Source: Verrucomicrobiales bacterium (GTDB taxonomy: Bacteria; Verrucomicrobiota; Verrucomicrobiia; Limisphaerales; CAIMTB01). From it: a DNA stretch of 64,000 bases. Below the pieces are notes generated by a model. The model saw only the letters and a program-made list of their open reading frames with translations, did not search any database and was not told where the DNA came from. The stretch is taken from contig JAEUHG010000064.1 of the NCBI GenBank assembly GCA_016795425.1, forward strand, positions 119 through 64,118, given 5' to 3'. Shown here piece after piece: positions 33,685-43,005 of the stretch. Positions within the stretch are counted from its first letter, which is position 1; each line of letters starts with the position of its first letter. A program made the translations under genes and the position numbers.

Positions 33685-35121
33685 TCAGGTGAACAACTCG
33701 CGGACCGGGTGCGCGCTCTCCACACCGGTCAGTCGCTGGTCAAGCCCTTGGAAGCGATAGGTGAGCCGTTCGTGATCGATGCCCAACGCGTAGAGCAGTG
33801 TGGCATGGAAGTCGCGAATGCTCACTTTGTTCATCATGGCCCGGTAGCCGATTTCGTCGGTCTCGCCGTAGTGCGTGCCACCTCTGACCCCGCCTCCAGC
33901 CATCCAGACGGTCAGAGCGTGAGGATTGTGGTCGCGCCCCGGCTTCGTTGATTTCTGGGCGATGGGCAGCCGACCAAACTCGCCCCCGCACACCACCAAG
34001 GTGTCCTCCAAAAGGCCTCGCTGGGCGAGATCGACCAGCAGCGCCGCGAACGGTTGGTCGGTCTCCAAGGCGAAGCCGCCGTGGTTGCCAACGATGTCCT
34101 CGTGACCGTCCCAGGAAAGCTGGTTGTCCATTCCGCCGCTGTAGATTTGGACGAATCGCGTGCCCCGTTCGACCAATCGCCGGGCCATGAGGCACTGGGC
34201 CGCCATGGGTGCGCAATGCGCTTGATCCAGACCATACAAACGCCGCACGGACTCCGGTTCCCGCGACAGATCAAATGCCTCCGGCGCGGCGCTCTGCATC
34301 CGGTAGGCGAGTTCGAAGCTGTCGATGCGGGCGGCCAGTTGGTCCTCGACGGGCGACTGCGCCATGTGGAGTCGGTTGAGGTGCTCCAGCAGATCCAGTT
34401 GAGCCCGTTGACGACCGTCGCCCAGGCCGCCGGGGCGACGAAGATTCTCCATCGGCTCGCCCTTGGGCTTCAACCAGGTGCCTTGAAAGACTCCCGGCAA
34501 AAAACCCGCCGTCCAGTTGCTGGCGTGTCCCTTGGGAAGGCCCCGGTCCTTGGGATCACTCATCACGATGAATGCGGGCAAATCGTCACTGACGGATCCG
34601 AGACCGTAAGTGATCCAGGACCCGACGCTGGGGTGCCCCATGCGGGTGGTGCCGGTGTTCATCATGAACAGCGCCGGCGAGTGGTTGTTGGATTCGGTGT
34701 GCAGCGAGTGGATGAACGCCATGCGATCCACCTGTTTGGACAAGTGGGGGAACAGCGAACTGACCCAGGTGCCGCTCTGGCCATGCTGGGCCCAGTCGAA
34801 CGGCGATTTCATCAACGGCCCCACCGCACCTGGAAAGAACCCGGTCTTCGGATCGAAGTCGGGCAAGGCTTGGCCGTCTCGCCGCTGCAATTCCGGCTTG
34901 TAGTCCCAGGTATCCACCTGGCTCTGTCCACCGTTCATGAAGAGCCAAATGATCGCCTTGGCCCTGGGCGCAAAGTGCGGCGTCCCCCCGCCTTCGCGGC
35001 GCACGGAACCCGCCATCCCGGTTCGGAGCAGCAGGTGCTGGAGGGCGACCATGCCGAACCCCGCCCCTGCGCGCCGGAGCATCCGGCGGCGGTTCATCGA
35101 AGCAAAGTCGTCAATGGACAT
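33685..35121 (-). CDS. DUF1501 (sulfatase-like) protein with twin-arginine signal
   Basis: The Tat signal is MNRRRMLRRAGAGFGMVALQHLLL. Family blocks are IIWLFMNGGQSQVDTWDYKPEL, GRDHNPHALTVWMAGGGVRGG and DFHATLLYALGIDHERLTY. ATG 35121 overlaps the upstream gene's stop by 11 nt. Confidence 0.85.
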   Translation of the reverse strand: MSIDDFASMNRRRMLRRAGAGFGMVALQHLLLRTGMAGSVRREGGGTPHFAPRAKAIIWLFMNGGQSQVDTWDYKPELQRRDGQALPDFDPKTGFFPGAVGPLMKSPFDWAQHGQSGTWVSSLFPHLSKQVDRMAFIHSLHTESNNHSPALFMMNTGTTRMGHPSVGSWITYGLGSVSDDLPAFIVMSDPKDRGLPKGHASNWTAGFLPGVFQGTWLKPKGEPMENLRRPGGLGDGRQRAQLDLLEHLNRLHMAQSPVEDQLAARIDSFELAYRMQSAAPEAFDLSREPESVRRLYGLDQAHCAPMAAQCLMARRLVERGTRFVQIYSGGMDNQLSWDGHEDIVGNHGGFALETDQPFAALLVDLAQRGLLEDTLVVCGGEFGRLPIAQKSTKPGRDHNPHALTVWMAGGGVRGGTHYGETDEIGYRAMMNKVSIRDFHATLLYALGIDHERLTYRFQGLDQRLTGVESAHPVRELFT

Positions 35122-38100
35122 AGGCAAACTCGTTGAGGGCGAACAGCGTCTGGCAGAAGTCGGTGAGAGCAATGGTACGGGCCACCGATGCATCGACATT
35201 CCCGGGCTTGGCGTAACCCGCCTTGATGAACGCCACGGCTGCTTCCGATTCGGCAGGAACCGGCAGTCGCGCCAGTGCTTCGAGATAGGCATTCCGGACC
35301 CAAACCGCCGGGTCCGCGGTGTTGGAGGTGCTGATCAAGCGTTGGGCGAACGCCTCCGCCCACGCTCGCACCTGGCTGTTGTTCATCAACCATAAGGCTT
35401 GCGGCGCGACGGTGGTGACGGGTCGGAGGGCCTGGCTGGTCAACGGTTCGGGGGTATCGAACACCACCATCGAAGTCATCAATCGGCTTCGCTTCACGGT
35501 GAAATAGACGCTCCGCCGCGTGCTCGCTTCGTCCAATGTGCCCGGGCCAAACATCGTTCGATCCAACAACCCCGCGACCGCCAGCATGCTGTCCCGCAAC
35601 GCCTCGCTTTCCAGGCGGCGGGGTGTGAACCGCAGGAACAGTTGGTTGTCTGGATCCGCGGCCAGCTTCTTCGGGTCGGCACCACTCGCCTGTCGATACG
35701 CCGCGCTGCTCATGATCAGGCGGTGCATCGGTTTCAGTCTCCAATCCTGGCGCACCAATTCTCCCGCCAACCACTCCAGCAGCCCGGGGTTGGTCGGCGG
35801 AACCCCAGTCCTGCCGAAATCGTTCGGCGTTGCCACCAATCCGCGCCCAAAATGGTGCTGCCAAAGCCGGTTGACCGTCACCCGCGCCATGAGCGAGCCC
35901 GCGCCCGATTCCACGTCGGTCAGCCAATTGGCCAGGGTGCGGCGTCGTCCCGAATGCTTCGATCCCGGAGGGGGAGCCCATTTCCACCGTTCCCCATCCT
36001 CGCCGCGGCTGAGCACCTGCAGGAAGCCTTGCTCGGCCACTTCCAGCTTCTGGTTGGGATCGCCGCGTTTGAGTCGATGGGTCTGCTCCAGGAATGGAGG
36101 ACCTTGCGAGTGCATGACGATGGGGGGAAAGCCCTCAGCGCAGACCATCACGGGAACCTTGCCTGTCGGACGCTTGCCTTCGTGATCAATGAGACGCGCG
36201 TTCGCCGCCACCCACTCGGGTTCTCGGGCTTTCCACCATTCGAACACCTGGCGGCGTTCGTCGGAGTTCAATCGGGAAAGCCGTTGTCCCAACGCGGCGA
36301 TGCCGGGTGGCACCACCTCAAGACCCAACTCCGGATTGGCTATCGTGCTGACGGACAACCGAGGTCGAACGAGGTTGTGGCCGGTGTTGACGGTGAACTC
36401 GAGGGTGACGACGAACTCGGCGCCGCCTTCGAGGTCGACGGGTTGGTCGAAGGCGAATGCCGCGGCCTGGTCCTTCCCAATGCCGCCCGAATCCACCGCC
36501 CACCCGCTGCGCGCGTCGTCGTCGAGTGAACTTGCCACCGATAGCGATCCCTCGTTCTGCTGATGGGTCGCCCGCGGTTGGTTGAGGCGCATTTCCACGG
36601 CGGATCCACCGGTTGCGGGTGCCGCGGTGACGCGGATTCGGCCCAGCGCAAAATTGCCGTTGGCCGCCCGGCCGGGTCCGTTCTGCGGCGCCGACGGATG
36701 GGTCAAAGCGTCGATTTTGATCGCGGTGATCCCGCGGAGCGGAGTGCGCGCGGTGAAGACATAGGCATCGCGGTCGCCATTGGCTCCACTCACCAGATAC
36801 GACCCGTCTTCCAATCGGCGAAACGCTGCCCCAGCTTTGGATTCCGCGTTGGTGATCTCCAACAGGGTCCAGTCGTTTAATGGAAGCTCGGGTCGGGCCG
36901 CCAGCCATTGATCAAACTTCGCCGTCAGCGGGCCCGTCTCCAAATCAACAAGATGCTGATGGAGAACCGCACGCTGCCGCTCATGCGCCAGGCGTTGTTC
37001 CTTGGCCGCGACCGGGTCCAGCTCCAAATCGACCAGGCTCCGCACCGTGGTCGTGAACGTGGACAACATGCGGTAGTAATCGCGCTCCGGAATCGGATCG
37101 AACTTATGATCGTGGCACCGAGCGCAGCCGACCGTCAGCCCGAGAAACGCACTGCCCACCGTCGCCAGCATGTCGTCCATGGCATCGTAACGGGTGCGTT
37201 CCACTTCGTTCGCCGTGATCTGGGTCGGAAAGACGCCAGCGCCCAAGAATCCAGTGGCCATCATGGCTTGGACATCCTCCGGCGCATACTCATCGCCCGC
37301 CAGTTGCCAGCGGGCAAACTGGTTGAAGGGCATGTCCTGATTGAGGGCACGGATCACGAAATCCCGGTAGTGAAAGGCATGCGGTCGATCGTAGTCGTGT
37401 TCGAAGCCACTGCTTTCCGCGAACCGCGCCACGTCCAGCCAATGACGGGCCCAGCGTTCGCCGTAGGCCGGAGAATCAAGCAACTGATCGATCTGGGCGG
37501 CATAGTCTGCTCCACCAGGCCTCAGGAAGGATTCCACGGTGTCGGAACGCGGCGGCAGCCCGGTCAGATCCAGCGTCGCGCGACGCAGCAAAGTCGACCG
37601 ATCGGCCGGAGGATTCAGGTCCAACCCTTGTTCCCGACCGGCTGCCCGCAGGAAGGCATCGATGGGATGATCGGCAGCGTCGGGAGGTTCGACCCGCGTC
37701 AGCGGCTGAAAAGCCCACCATTGCCGGGCCTCCGGCGTCACGACCGATCGATCCTGGTGCGGGGGTTTTCCCTCGATCAGCGGCGCATCATAAGGAGCAC
37801 CCCATTCGATCCATCGTGCGAGGGACTGGCGGACAGCATCCGGCAACGGGTCGCGTCGCTCCGGCATGAACGGCTCCACCTCATGACCCACCAGGCGAAG
37901 CAACCGGCTTTCGGAGGCCGAGAACGGCACCACCACCGAACCGCTGGAACCGCCTCGCAGCAGCCCTTCGCGAGTGGTCAGGTCCAAGTCCCCTCGAACC
38001 CGCTTGCCACCGTGACATTCCAGGCAGTGATCGCGCAGCACCGAGCCGATCTCGGATCGGAACAGCGCCAATCCCGATTCCATTCTGGCGGCATGATCCG

Positions 38101-38281
38101 CCGGGACGGCTCCCCATACCGAGCAGGAGAGGAGCAGGCAGCCGATGAGCAGCCTCCATGTCTCGCCGGTCCGGGCATTCGCGATGAAGGAATCGCGATG
38201 ACGCCTTGCCAATCGCGACCCAACGCCGCCGGTCGCTTCACCTCGTTGTGCGCCTCGAAAAAGGCCGGCTAGGAATCGCAT
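35111..38281 (-). CDS. PSCyt1 (planctomycete cytochrome c) - DUF1549 - DUF1553 protein
   Basis: SVLRDHCLECHGGKRVRGDLDLTTREGLLRGGSSGSVVVP is the PSCyt CxxCH domain. DUF1549-like blocks include HPIDAFL and RRATLDLTGLPP. DUF1553-like blocks include CARCHDHKFDPIPERDYY. I moved the start to ATG 38281. Confidence 0.85.
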   Translation of the reverse strand: MRFLAGLFRGAQRGEATGGVGSRLARRHRDSFIANARTGETWRLLIGCLLLSCSVWGAVPADHAARMESGLALFRSEIGSVLRDHCLECHGGKRVRGDLDLTTREGLLRGGSSGSVVVPFSASESRLLRLVGHEVEPFMPERRDPLPDAVRQSLARWIEWGAPYDAPLIEGKPPHQDRSVVTPEARQWWAFQPLTRVEPPDAADHPIDAFLRAAGREQGLDLNPPADRSTLLRRATLDLTGLPPRSDTVESFLRPGGADYAAQIDQLLDSPAYGERWARHWLDVARFAESSGFEHDYDRPHAFHYRDFVIRALNQDMPFNQFARWQLAGDEYAPEDVQAMMATGFLGAGVFPTQITANEVERTRYDAMDDMLATVGSAFLGLTVGCARCHDHKFDPIPERDYYRMLSTFTTTVRSLVDLELDPVAAKEQRLAHERQRAVLHQHLVDLETGPLTAKFDQWLAARPELPLNDWTLLEITNAESKAGAAFRRLEDGSYLVSGANGDRDAYVFTARTPLRGITAIKIDALTHPSAPQNGPGRAANGNFALGRIRVTAAPATGGSAVEMRLNQPRATHQQNEGSLSVASSLDDDARSGWAVDSGGIGKDQAAAFAFDQPVDLEGGAEFVVTLEFTVNTGHNLVRPRLSVSTIANPELGLEVVPPGIAALGQRLSRLNSDERRQVFEWWKAREPEWVAANARLIDHEGKRPTGKVPVMVCAEGFPPIVMHSQGPPFLEQTHRLKRGDPNQKLEVAEQGFLQVLSRGEDGERWKWAPPPGSKHSGRRRTLANWLTDVESGAGSLMARVTVNRLWQHHFGRGLVATPNDFGRTGVPPTNPGLLEWLAGELVRQDWRLKPMHRLIMSSAAYRQASGADPKKLAADPDNQLFLRFTPRRLESEALRDSMLAVAGLLDRTMFGPGTLDEASTRRSVYFTVKRSRLMTSMVVFDTPEPLTSQALRPVTTVAPQALWLMNNSQVRAWAEAFAQRLISTSNTADPAVWVRNAYLEALARLPVPAESEAAVAFIKAGYAKPGNVDASVARTIALTDFCQTLFALNEFAYVH

Positions 38282-38442
38282 GAACAGAGAACGAGGTTGG
38301 GAACGGAGGTCGAGATTGCGTCGCAAGCTAGACGAGCGGGGCGCGGCTTCAAGGCCGAACGCGGGCCTCGCTTGCCCCTGCCGCCGCCCCATGATTCGCT
38401 GCCGGGTCGGGCGGGCCAATCGACCGACACCGCCGCTGATCC

Positions 38443-39621
38443 ATGTCGAACCCCTTTCCACGCCGTGTCTGCGAACGATGTCGTCGGCCCGCCACGGCGT
38501 GCTGGTGCACCGGCCTGGAACCCGTCGACACTTCCGTGCGGGTGGTCTTTCTCCAGCATCCACGGGAGGCCAGGGTCGCCATCGGCACCGCCCGCATCGC
38601 CCATCTGGGGCTATCCCGCAGTGAACTCCACGAGGGCATGGCGTTCGCCGAGAACCCGGTGGTGGCCGACATCCTGGCGCGCCCGGGAACCGCCCTGCTC
38701 TTCCCCGGCGCCGACGCCGTGGATCCGCAGACCCTCGACCGCCCGCCGAACACTTTGGTGGTCATCGATGGCACCTGGCCACAGGCGCGAAAGATGTTGA
38801 GCCTCAATCCCACCCTCCGCGCCCTGCCACGAATCGGATTCGTCCCCCGAAAGCCGGGCAATTACCGGATTCGACGCGAACCTGCGGCCCACTGTGTGGC
38901 CACCGTCGAGGCGGTCGTTGAAGTACTGAGAGTCTTCGAAAGGGACACCGAGAAATTCGAACCGCTGTTGCGGGCCTTCGATCGTATGGTGGACACACAG
39001 TTGGCGGCGACCGCGGCCCGGATCGAACCGCCGCGCCGCCGCCACAAACCCGGGGCGCCGTGGTGGACCTCTCCCTTCATGCCTGACCTCGACTCGCTTT
39101 GGCCGCGGTTGGTCGCCGTTGCTGCCGAAGCGAACGCGCATCGTCGAGGCACCCAGGTGCCCGGGCACCCGGAAATCATTCAACTGGCCGGTCGCCGACT
39201 CTCCACCGGTGAACTGTTTCACGTCTTCCTTGCTCCTCGACGACCCCTTGCCCCCAGCGCCGCCCATCACCTCGGAGTACCCGCCGAATGTCTCCTCGGC
39301 GGCACCACCGTCGATCGCGGGCTCGCCGAATGGACCCGGTTTCTCCAACCCGGCGATCGCCTCATCGGTTGGGGGCCCTTTGCCTGGGACCTTCTGAAAC
39401 AGGAGGATTGGCACCCGGAGTCAACACCCATCGACCTTCGCTTGATGGCGGTTCACCGGTTAAAGAGAAGTCCCGGCGGATTGGAGGGAGCGGTCAACGC
39501 CATCGGGGCAATCCTGGGAGATGAACCCAGCGCACCCGGCCGCGCGGGTCGAAATCTTCGAGCCATCGGCGCTTTCACAGCCGCGTTGCTGGCCGAGAAG
39601 CGCCTTGCAGGTCCGGGCTAG
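38443..39621 (+). CDS. DTW-domain tRNA-uridine aminocarboxypropyltransferase-like protein fused to a ~190-aa C-terminal extension
   Basis: The N-terminal Cys cluster is CERCRRPATACWC and the motif VVIDGTWPQARKM contains DTW. YRIRREP and ATVEAVVEVL also match. The protein then continues for ~190 more residues, whereas stand-alone DTW proteins are about 200 aa. Confidence 0.75.
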   Translation: MSNPFPRRVCERCRRPATACWCTGLEPVDTSVRVVFLQHPREARVAIGTARIAHLGLSRSELHEGMAFAENPVVADILARPGTALLFPGADAVDPQTLDRPPNTLVVIDGTWPQARKMLSLNPTLRALPRIGFVPRKPGNYRIRREPAAHCVATVEAVVEVLRVFERDTEKFEPLLRAFDRMVDTQLAATAARIEPPRRRHKPGAPWWTSPFMPDLDSLWPRLVAVAAEANAHRRGTQVPGHPEIIQLAGRRLSTGELFHVFLAPRRPLAPSAAHHLGVPAECLLGGTTVDRGLAEWTRFLQPGDRLIGWGPFAWDLLKQEDWHPESTPIDLRLMAVHRLKRSPGGLEGAVNAIGAILGDEPSAPGRAGRNLRAIGAFTAALLAEKRLAGPG

Positions 39622-39796
39622 ACGATTCCCGTGCGATCGCCACGTTCCAACCGGCGCCCACCCTTCGCGGATGGCAGCGCCGCATCGCGCCGATGGCGGG
39701 AATCCCCGCCTCAACCCATCAACTAGTCCGCGCCCCGGACGAGACTCGTCGTCCTCCGCATGGGGTCGGAGATCGTGGTCTCGCCCTGCGACAAGC

Positions 39797-41080
39797 TCAT
39801 GCCAATTGATACAGGCGGGTCGGCTTCAATTGACCCTTGAGCTCGATCTCGCCCAGATCGGTCGCCGGATGAAGCGGTGCATCCAGTCGCCGGTACACGG
39901 CTTCGGAGACCAGCAATTGTGCCTGATACTGTTTGGTGGCTTGTTCAATCCGGGCCGCCAGGTTCACCACATCCCCGATGATGGTGTATTCCTTCCGCTC
40001 CTCCGAACCCACGTTCCCCGTCACCGCTTCGCCCACGTGAAGCCCCATGCCAACGCGGGTCGCCGGGATGACTCCTGTGCGATTCAGCGTTTCCACCGCC
40101 GCCAGAATCTCCTTGGCCGCGGCAACACCGTGTTCGCACGAGGAACCGTCGTTCACGGGCGCGCCGAAAACCGCCATGAAACCGTCGCCAAGGAATTTGT
40201 TCACGATGCCCTGATGCCGGTTCACCACTCGAATCAACTCCCCAAAAACCGTGTTCAGGTACCTCATGACCTCGCTTGGCGCCGAAGCCGCCGCCAGCTT
40301 GCTGAAATCCCTGATGTCCAGAAAAAGCACGCAGACATCCCGCTCTTCCCCGCTGAACTCCAACGGCTGCCGCAGCAGCAGGTCGGCCACCTGCGGACTG
40401 ACATGCTGTCCAAACATGCCGACGGCCCGATCCCGTTCGGAGGCGGACTGAACAGCGGTGACCATCTGAGACCGGATCTGGGCGGCGACAAATCCGGCCG
40501 CGAAACCGGTCAATAGCAGGATCACGGTCTTCATCCCATGAGCGCCCGGCGACACCAGGATTTCCCATCCCGGCACCGCTGTCTGGTTCTTCAAAGCCAC
40601 GTTAGCCAGCCACCCATACTGCACCGCCGCGATCACGCCGGCGAATCCACAGAGTCGCGAATCCAGATAGAGAGTGGTGAACAGGATGAGAACGAAATAG
40701 GCGAAGGGCGCCGCGCCAGCCAACGCCTGCAGCCATCCCACGGTCGGAGCCAGCACCAAAACCACCACCGTCGGCAGGCTGACTTCCACCACCGTGTTGG
40801 CGTAGCGAAACCATGAGGAGGTGGGACGCCCCGTGTTCCGGCGGCGCAGGAGCACCGCCAGGATCACACTGTCGTAAGCCACCAGGATCGCCAGGACGCT
40901 CGCGCCCCGCATCTGCCGAACCCGGGCCTGGGGTGTTGCATGATCATAAAGCCCCAAGGTCAGCACCCCCAGCAACAGCACCAGCGCCGCGCCAAGAACC
41001 AGCCAGGCCCGCCAGACCTCGCTTCGCAACTGCACTCGGGCCACAGCCCGTTGCACGGAGGGACTCAGGGCAGGCGCCAT
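39797..41080 (-). CDS. Membrane-bound class III adenylate/guanylate cyclase
   Basis: About six N-terminal TM helices precede the cyclase domain CVLFLDIRDFSKL...NKFLGDGFMAVFGAP...MGLHVGEAVTGNVGSEERKEYTIIGDVVNLAARIE. I moved the start to ATG 41080. Confidence 0.85.
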   Translation of the reverse strand: MAPALSPSVQRAVARVQLRSEVWRAWLVLGAALVLLLGVLTLGLYDHATPQARVRQMRGASVLAILVAYDSVILAVLLRRRNTGRPTSSWFRYANTVVEVSLPTVVVLVLAPTVGWLQALAGAAPFAYFVLILFTTLYLDSRLCGFAGVIAAVQYGWLANVALKNQTAVPGWEILVSPGAHGMKTVILLLTGFAAGFVAAQIRSQMVTAVQSASERDRAVGMFGQHVSPQVADLLLRQPLEFSGEERDVCVLFLDIRDFSKLAAASAPSEVMRYLNTVFGELIRVVNRHQGIVNKFLGDGFMAVFGAPVNDGSSCEHGVAAAKEILAAVETLNRTGVIPATRVGMGLHVGEAVTGNVGSEERKEYTIIGDVVNLAARIEQATKQYQAQLLVSEAVYRRLDAPLHPATDLGEIELKGQLKPTRLYQLA

Positions 41081-41237
41081 GCCGGCTACCCTATTTCCCG
41101 GACCCGACAACCGCAATGCCCTGCACCGAAACCACTCCCGTCCCCAACCACCCCTCCCGGGTCTGCCTCGGCGCCCGCCCCGTGATTTCAGACCTGCCCC
41201 CTGTCGCAATCCGGACTACCCTCCTCGGGTCGTTGCG

Positions 41238-41738
41238 ATGGATCGACTGCAAAAGAAGGTGGTTCTCCTGGGCACGCCGGGCGTCGGCAAGACGAGCCTG
41301 GTGCGGCGCTTTGTGCAGAGTCTGTTCGACGAAAAGTACCTCACGACCATCGGGGTCAAAGTCGACAAGAAATCCGTGCGCGTGGGAGCCGCGGAAGTGC
41401 AGTTGATGATCTGGGATGTCGCCGGACCGGAAAATCGATTCTCCGTTCCGAGTTCCTATATCCGAGGGGCGGCGGGTTGCCTGCTGGTCATTGACGGAAC
41501 CCGGCCCGAAACGCTCGAGGGAGGCCTCGACATCGTGCACCAGATCGAACGCGAGATCGGCTCCATGCCGCTGGTGCTCGCCCTCAACAAGTCGGATCTG
41601 GTCCCGGAATGGCGCGTCCAGGATTCGGATCTCGCCGCCTTTCACAGGCTCGGGTGTGCGATCGTTCGCACGAGCGCCAAAAACGGATGCGGGGTGGAAG
41701 AGGCGTTTCTGAAACTGGCCGCCGCCACGATCCCATGA
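41238..41738 (+). CDS. Ras/Rab-like small GTPase (prokaryotic Rup-type)
   Basis: All five G boxes were read directly: G1 GTPGVGKTS, G2 YLTTIGV, G3 WDVAGPE, G4 NKSD and G5 TSAK. I moved the start to ATG 41238 (MDRLQKKVVLLG). Confidence 0.8.
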   Translation: MDRLQKKVVLLGTPGVGKTSLVRRFVQSLFDEKYLTTIGVKVDKKSVRVGAAEVQLMIWDVAGPENRFSVPSSYIRGAAGCLLVIDGTRPETLEGGLDIVHQIEREIGSMPLVLALNKSDLVPEWRVQDSDLAAFHRLGCAIVRTSAKNGCGVEEAFLKLAAATIP

Positions 41739-41761
41739 CGCGAGCGCCGATGCCAGGCGCT

Positions 41762-42943
41762 CTACAGGTCGAACTCGGTTTCAGCACGTGCCAGTTCAAC
41801 GGAGCACCCATCGGTGGCGCCGTGGCGGGATATGGATTCATCGAGCCAATTAAGCTCCGACCAACTGCGGTTGGGATCGTGATGCCCAATGAGGGTGCGG
41901 TGGATACGGGCCTTCCGCGCCATTTCCACCACGTCCTCAATACAACTGTGGCCCCACCCGATACGGGGTACCGCTCCACTATCCCCGATGCCCTTGAGGC
42001 CTTCGTACTCGGCACGAAGATACTGTCCGTCCCGGTACAGAAGATCGGCGCCGGTCGCGTAGGCGATCAGCCGATCCTCCGCCACCTGGCTTCGACGCCA
42101 TTCCGCGTCTTCGCCTGCCTCCCGACGCCATTCATGGTCCGTACAAAAAACAAACACCCGACCCTCCCGTTCGATGCGGTAGGCGAGGCACGGCGCGGGA
42201 TGAAACACCTCGAATGGGAGGATGGTCGTCGCCCCCAGGTGAATCGCCTCCTCCGCCCGCAACGCGACGCTCTTCAACGGCGGCCCGTCTGCCTCGGCTG
42301 CCGGCAAGGCGCCGATCTCGTAGGACGCGAAGGTCGCGGGCATCAGGCCGAAATGAATCGGTGTCTGGACCCCCTGTGCCGCGCGCGCCACCTGGCGGGA
42401 GAAGATACCGAGATTGTAGTCCAGGGCCCTCAGGAATTGGCGGTTTCCGTAGATATGGAGGTGATTGCGCGGATCGAAACAGACCGCCGCCTGGTCAAAT
42501 CCCTCGGTGTGATCCAAATGGCTGTGGCTTCCGAAAAGGTGGAGGTGCCGCTCCGGCAATTCCGCCCACTGAGCCTGAAGATCCCGGGCGCAAATACGAA
42601 ATCCACTCCCGCAATCGAGCACGATTTCGAAACCGTCGGCGGTGGTCACCCGCACACAGGTGGTCCATCCCCCGTAGACCCGCGGCTCGGTGACGTCGAA
42701 ACGACCGGCATACCGGGCGATGGTGCGGGGTGAAATCGGGCCTTCGAGGATGTCTTCGATCGTTCCGCTCAGACGGCCCTGCGGATCGAGATGCCTGGAC
42801 AGATCCTGAATGATGCACGCCACCAGTTCCTGGTTGGCGTGGCGCAGCAAGGCCAACCGCTCGGCGCGCGATGGAAAGACGGAACCGCTGCCCTGCGCCC
42901 CGTAAATATGGACCCTAAGATTCTGGATGGGAGATTCACTCAT
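41762..42943 (-). CDS. MBL-fold metallo-hydrolase
   Basis: The HxHxDH motif appears as LFGSHSHLDHTEGF, with later His/Asp ligands (FCTDHEW, WGHS, IGHHDP). I moved the start to ATG 42943 (MSESPIQNLRVHIYG). Confidence 0.75.
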   Translation of the reverse strand: MSESPIQNLRVHIYGAQGSGSVFPSRAERLALLRHANQELVACIIQDLSRHLDPQGRLSGTIEDILEGPISPRTIARYAGRFDVTEPRVYGGWTTCVRVTTADGFEIVLDCGSGFRICARDLQAQWAELPERHLHLFGSHSHLDHTEGFDQAAVCFDPRNHLHIYGNRQFLRALDYNLGIFSRQVARAAQGVQTPIHFGLMPATFASYEIGALPAAEADGPPLKSVALRAEEAIHLGATTILPFEVFHPAPCLAYRIEREGRVFVFCTDHEWRREAGEDAEWRRSQVAEDRLIAYATGADLLYRDGQYLRAEYEGLKGIGDSGAVPRIGWGHSCIEDVVEMARKARIHRTLIGHHDPNRSWSELNWLDESISRHGATDGCSVELARAETEFDL

Positions 42944-43005
42944 CCAGGGCTTGTTCTCTCCCCTCAGCCCCGGAACGGCAAGCCGTCCGTCTACTCGAGA
43001 ACGTC

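Noticed and set aside
34054-38272. + strand ORFs 34054..35136, 35399..36529 and 36908..38272
   Set aside because: They lie antisense to the DUF1501 and PSCyt/DUF1553 genes, both of which have unmistakable family blocks.
41762-42943. Class II cyclic-nucleotide phosphodiesterase that would pair with the nearby adenylate cyclase
   Set aside because: HSHLDH matches only the first six positions of the class II PDE signature (HxHLDH followed by hydrophobic-x-G/S...); the following residues (TEGFDQ) do not fit. The gene is convergent to the GTPase and lies 62 nt downstream of the heme-protein gene, so it belongs to that transcription unit. HxHxDH alone is generic for MBL hydrolases.
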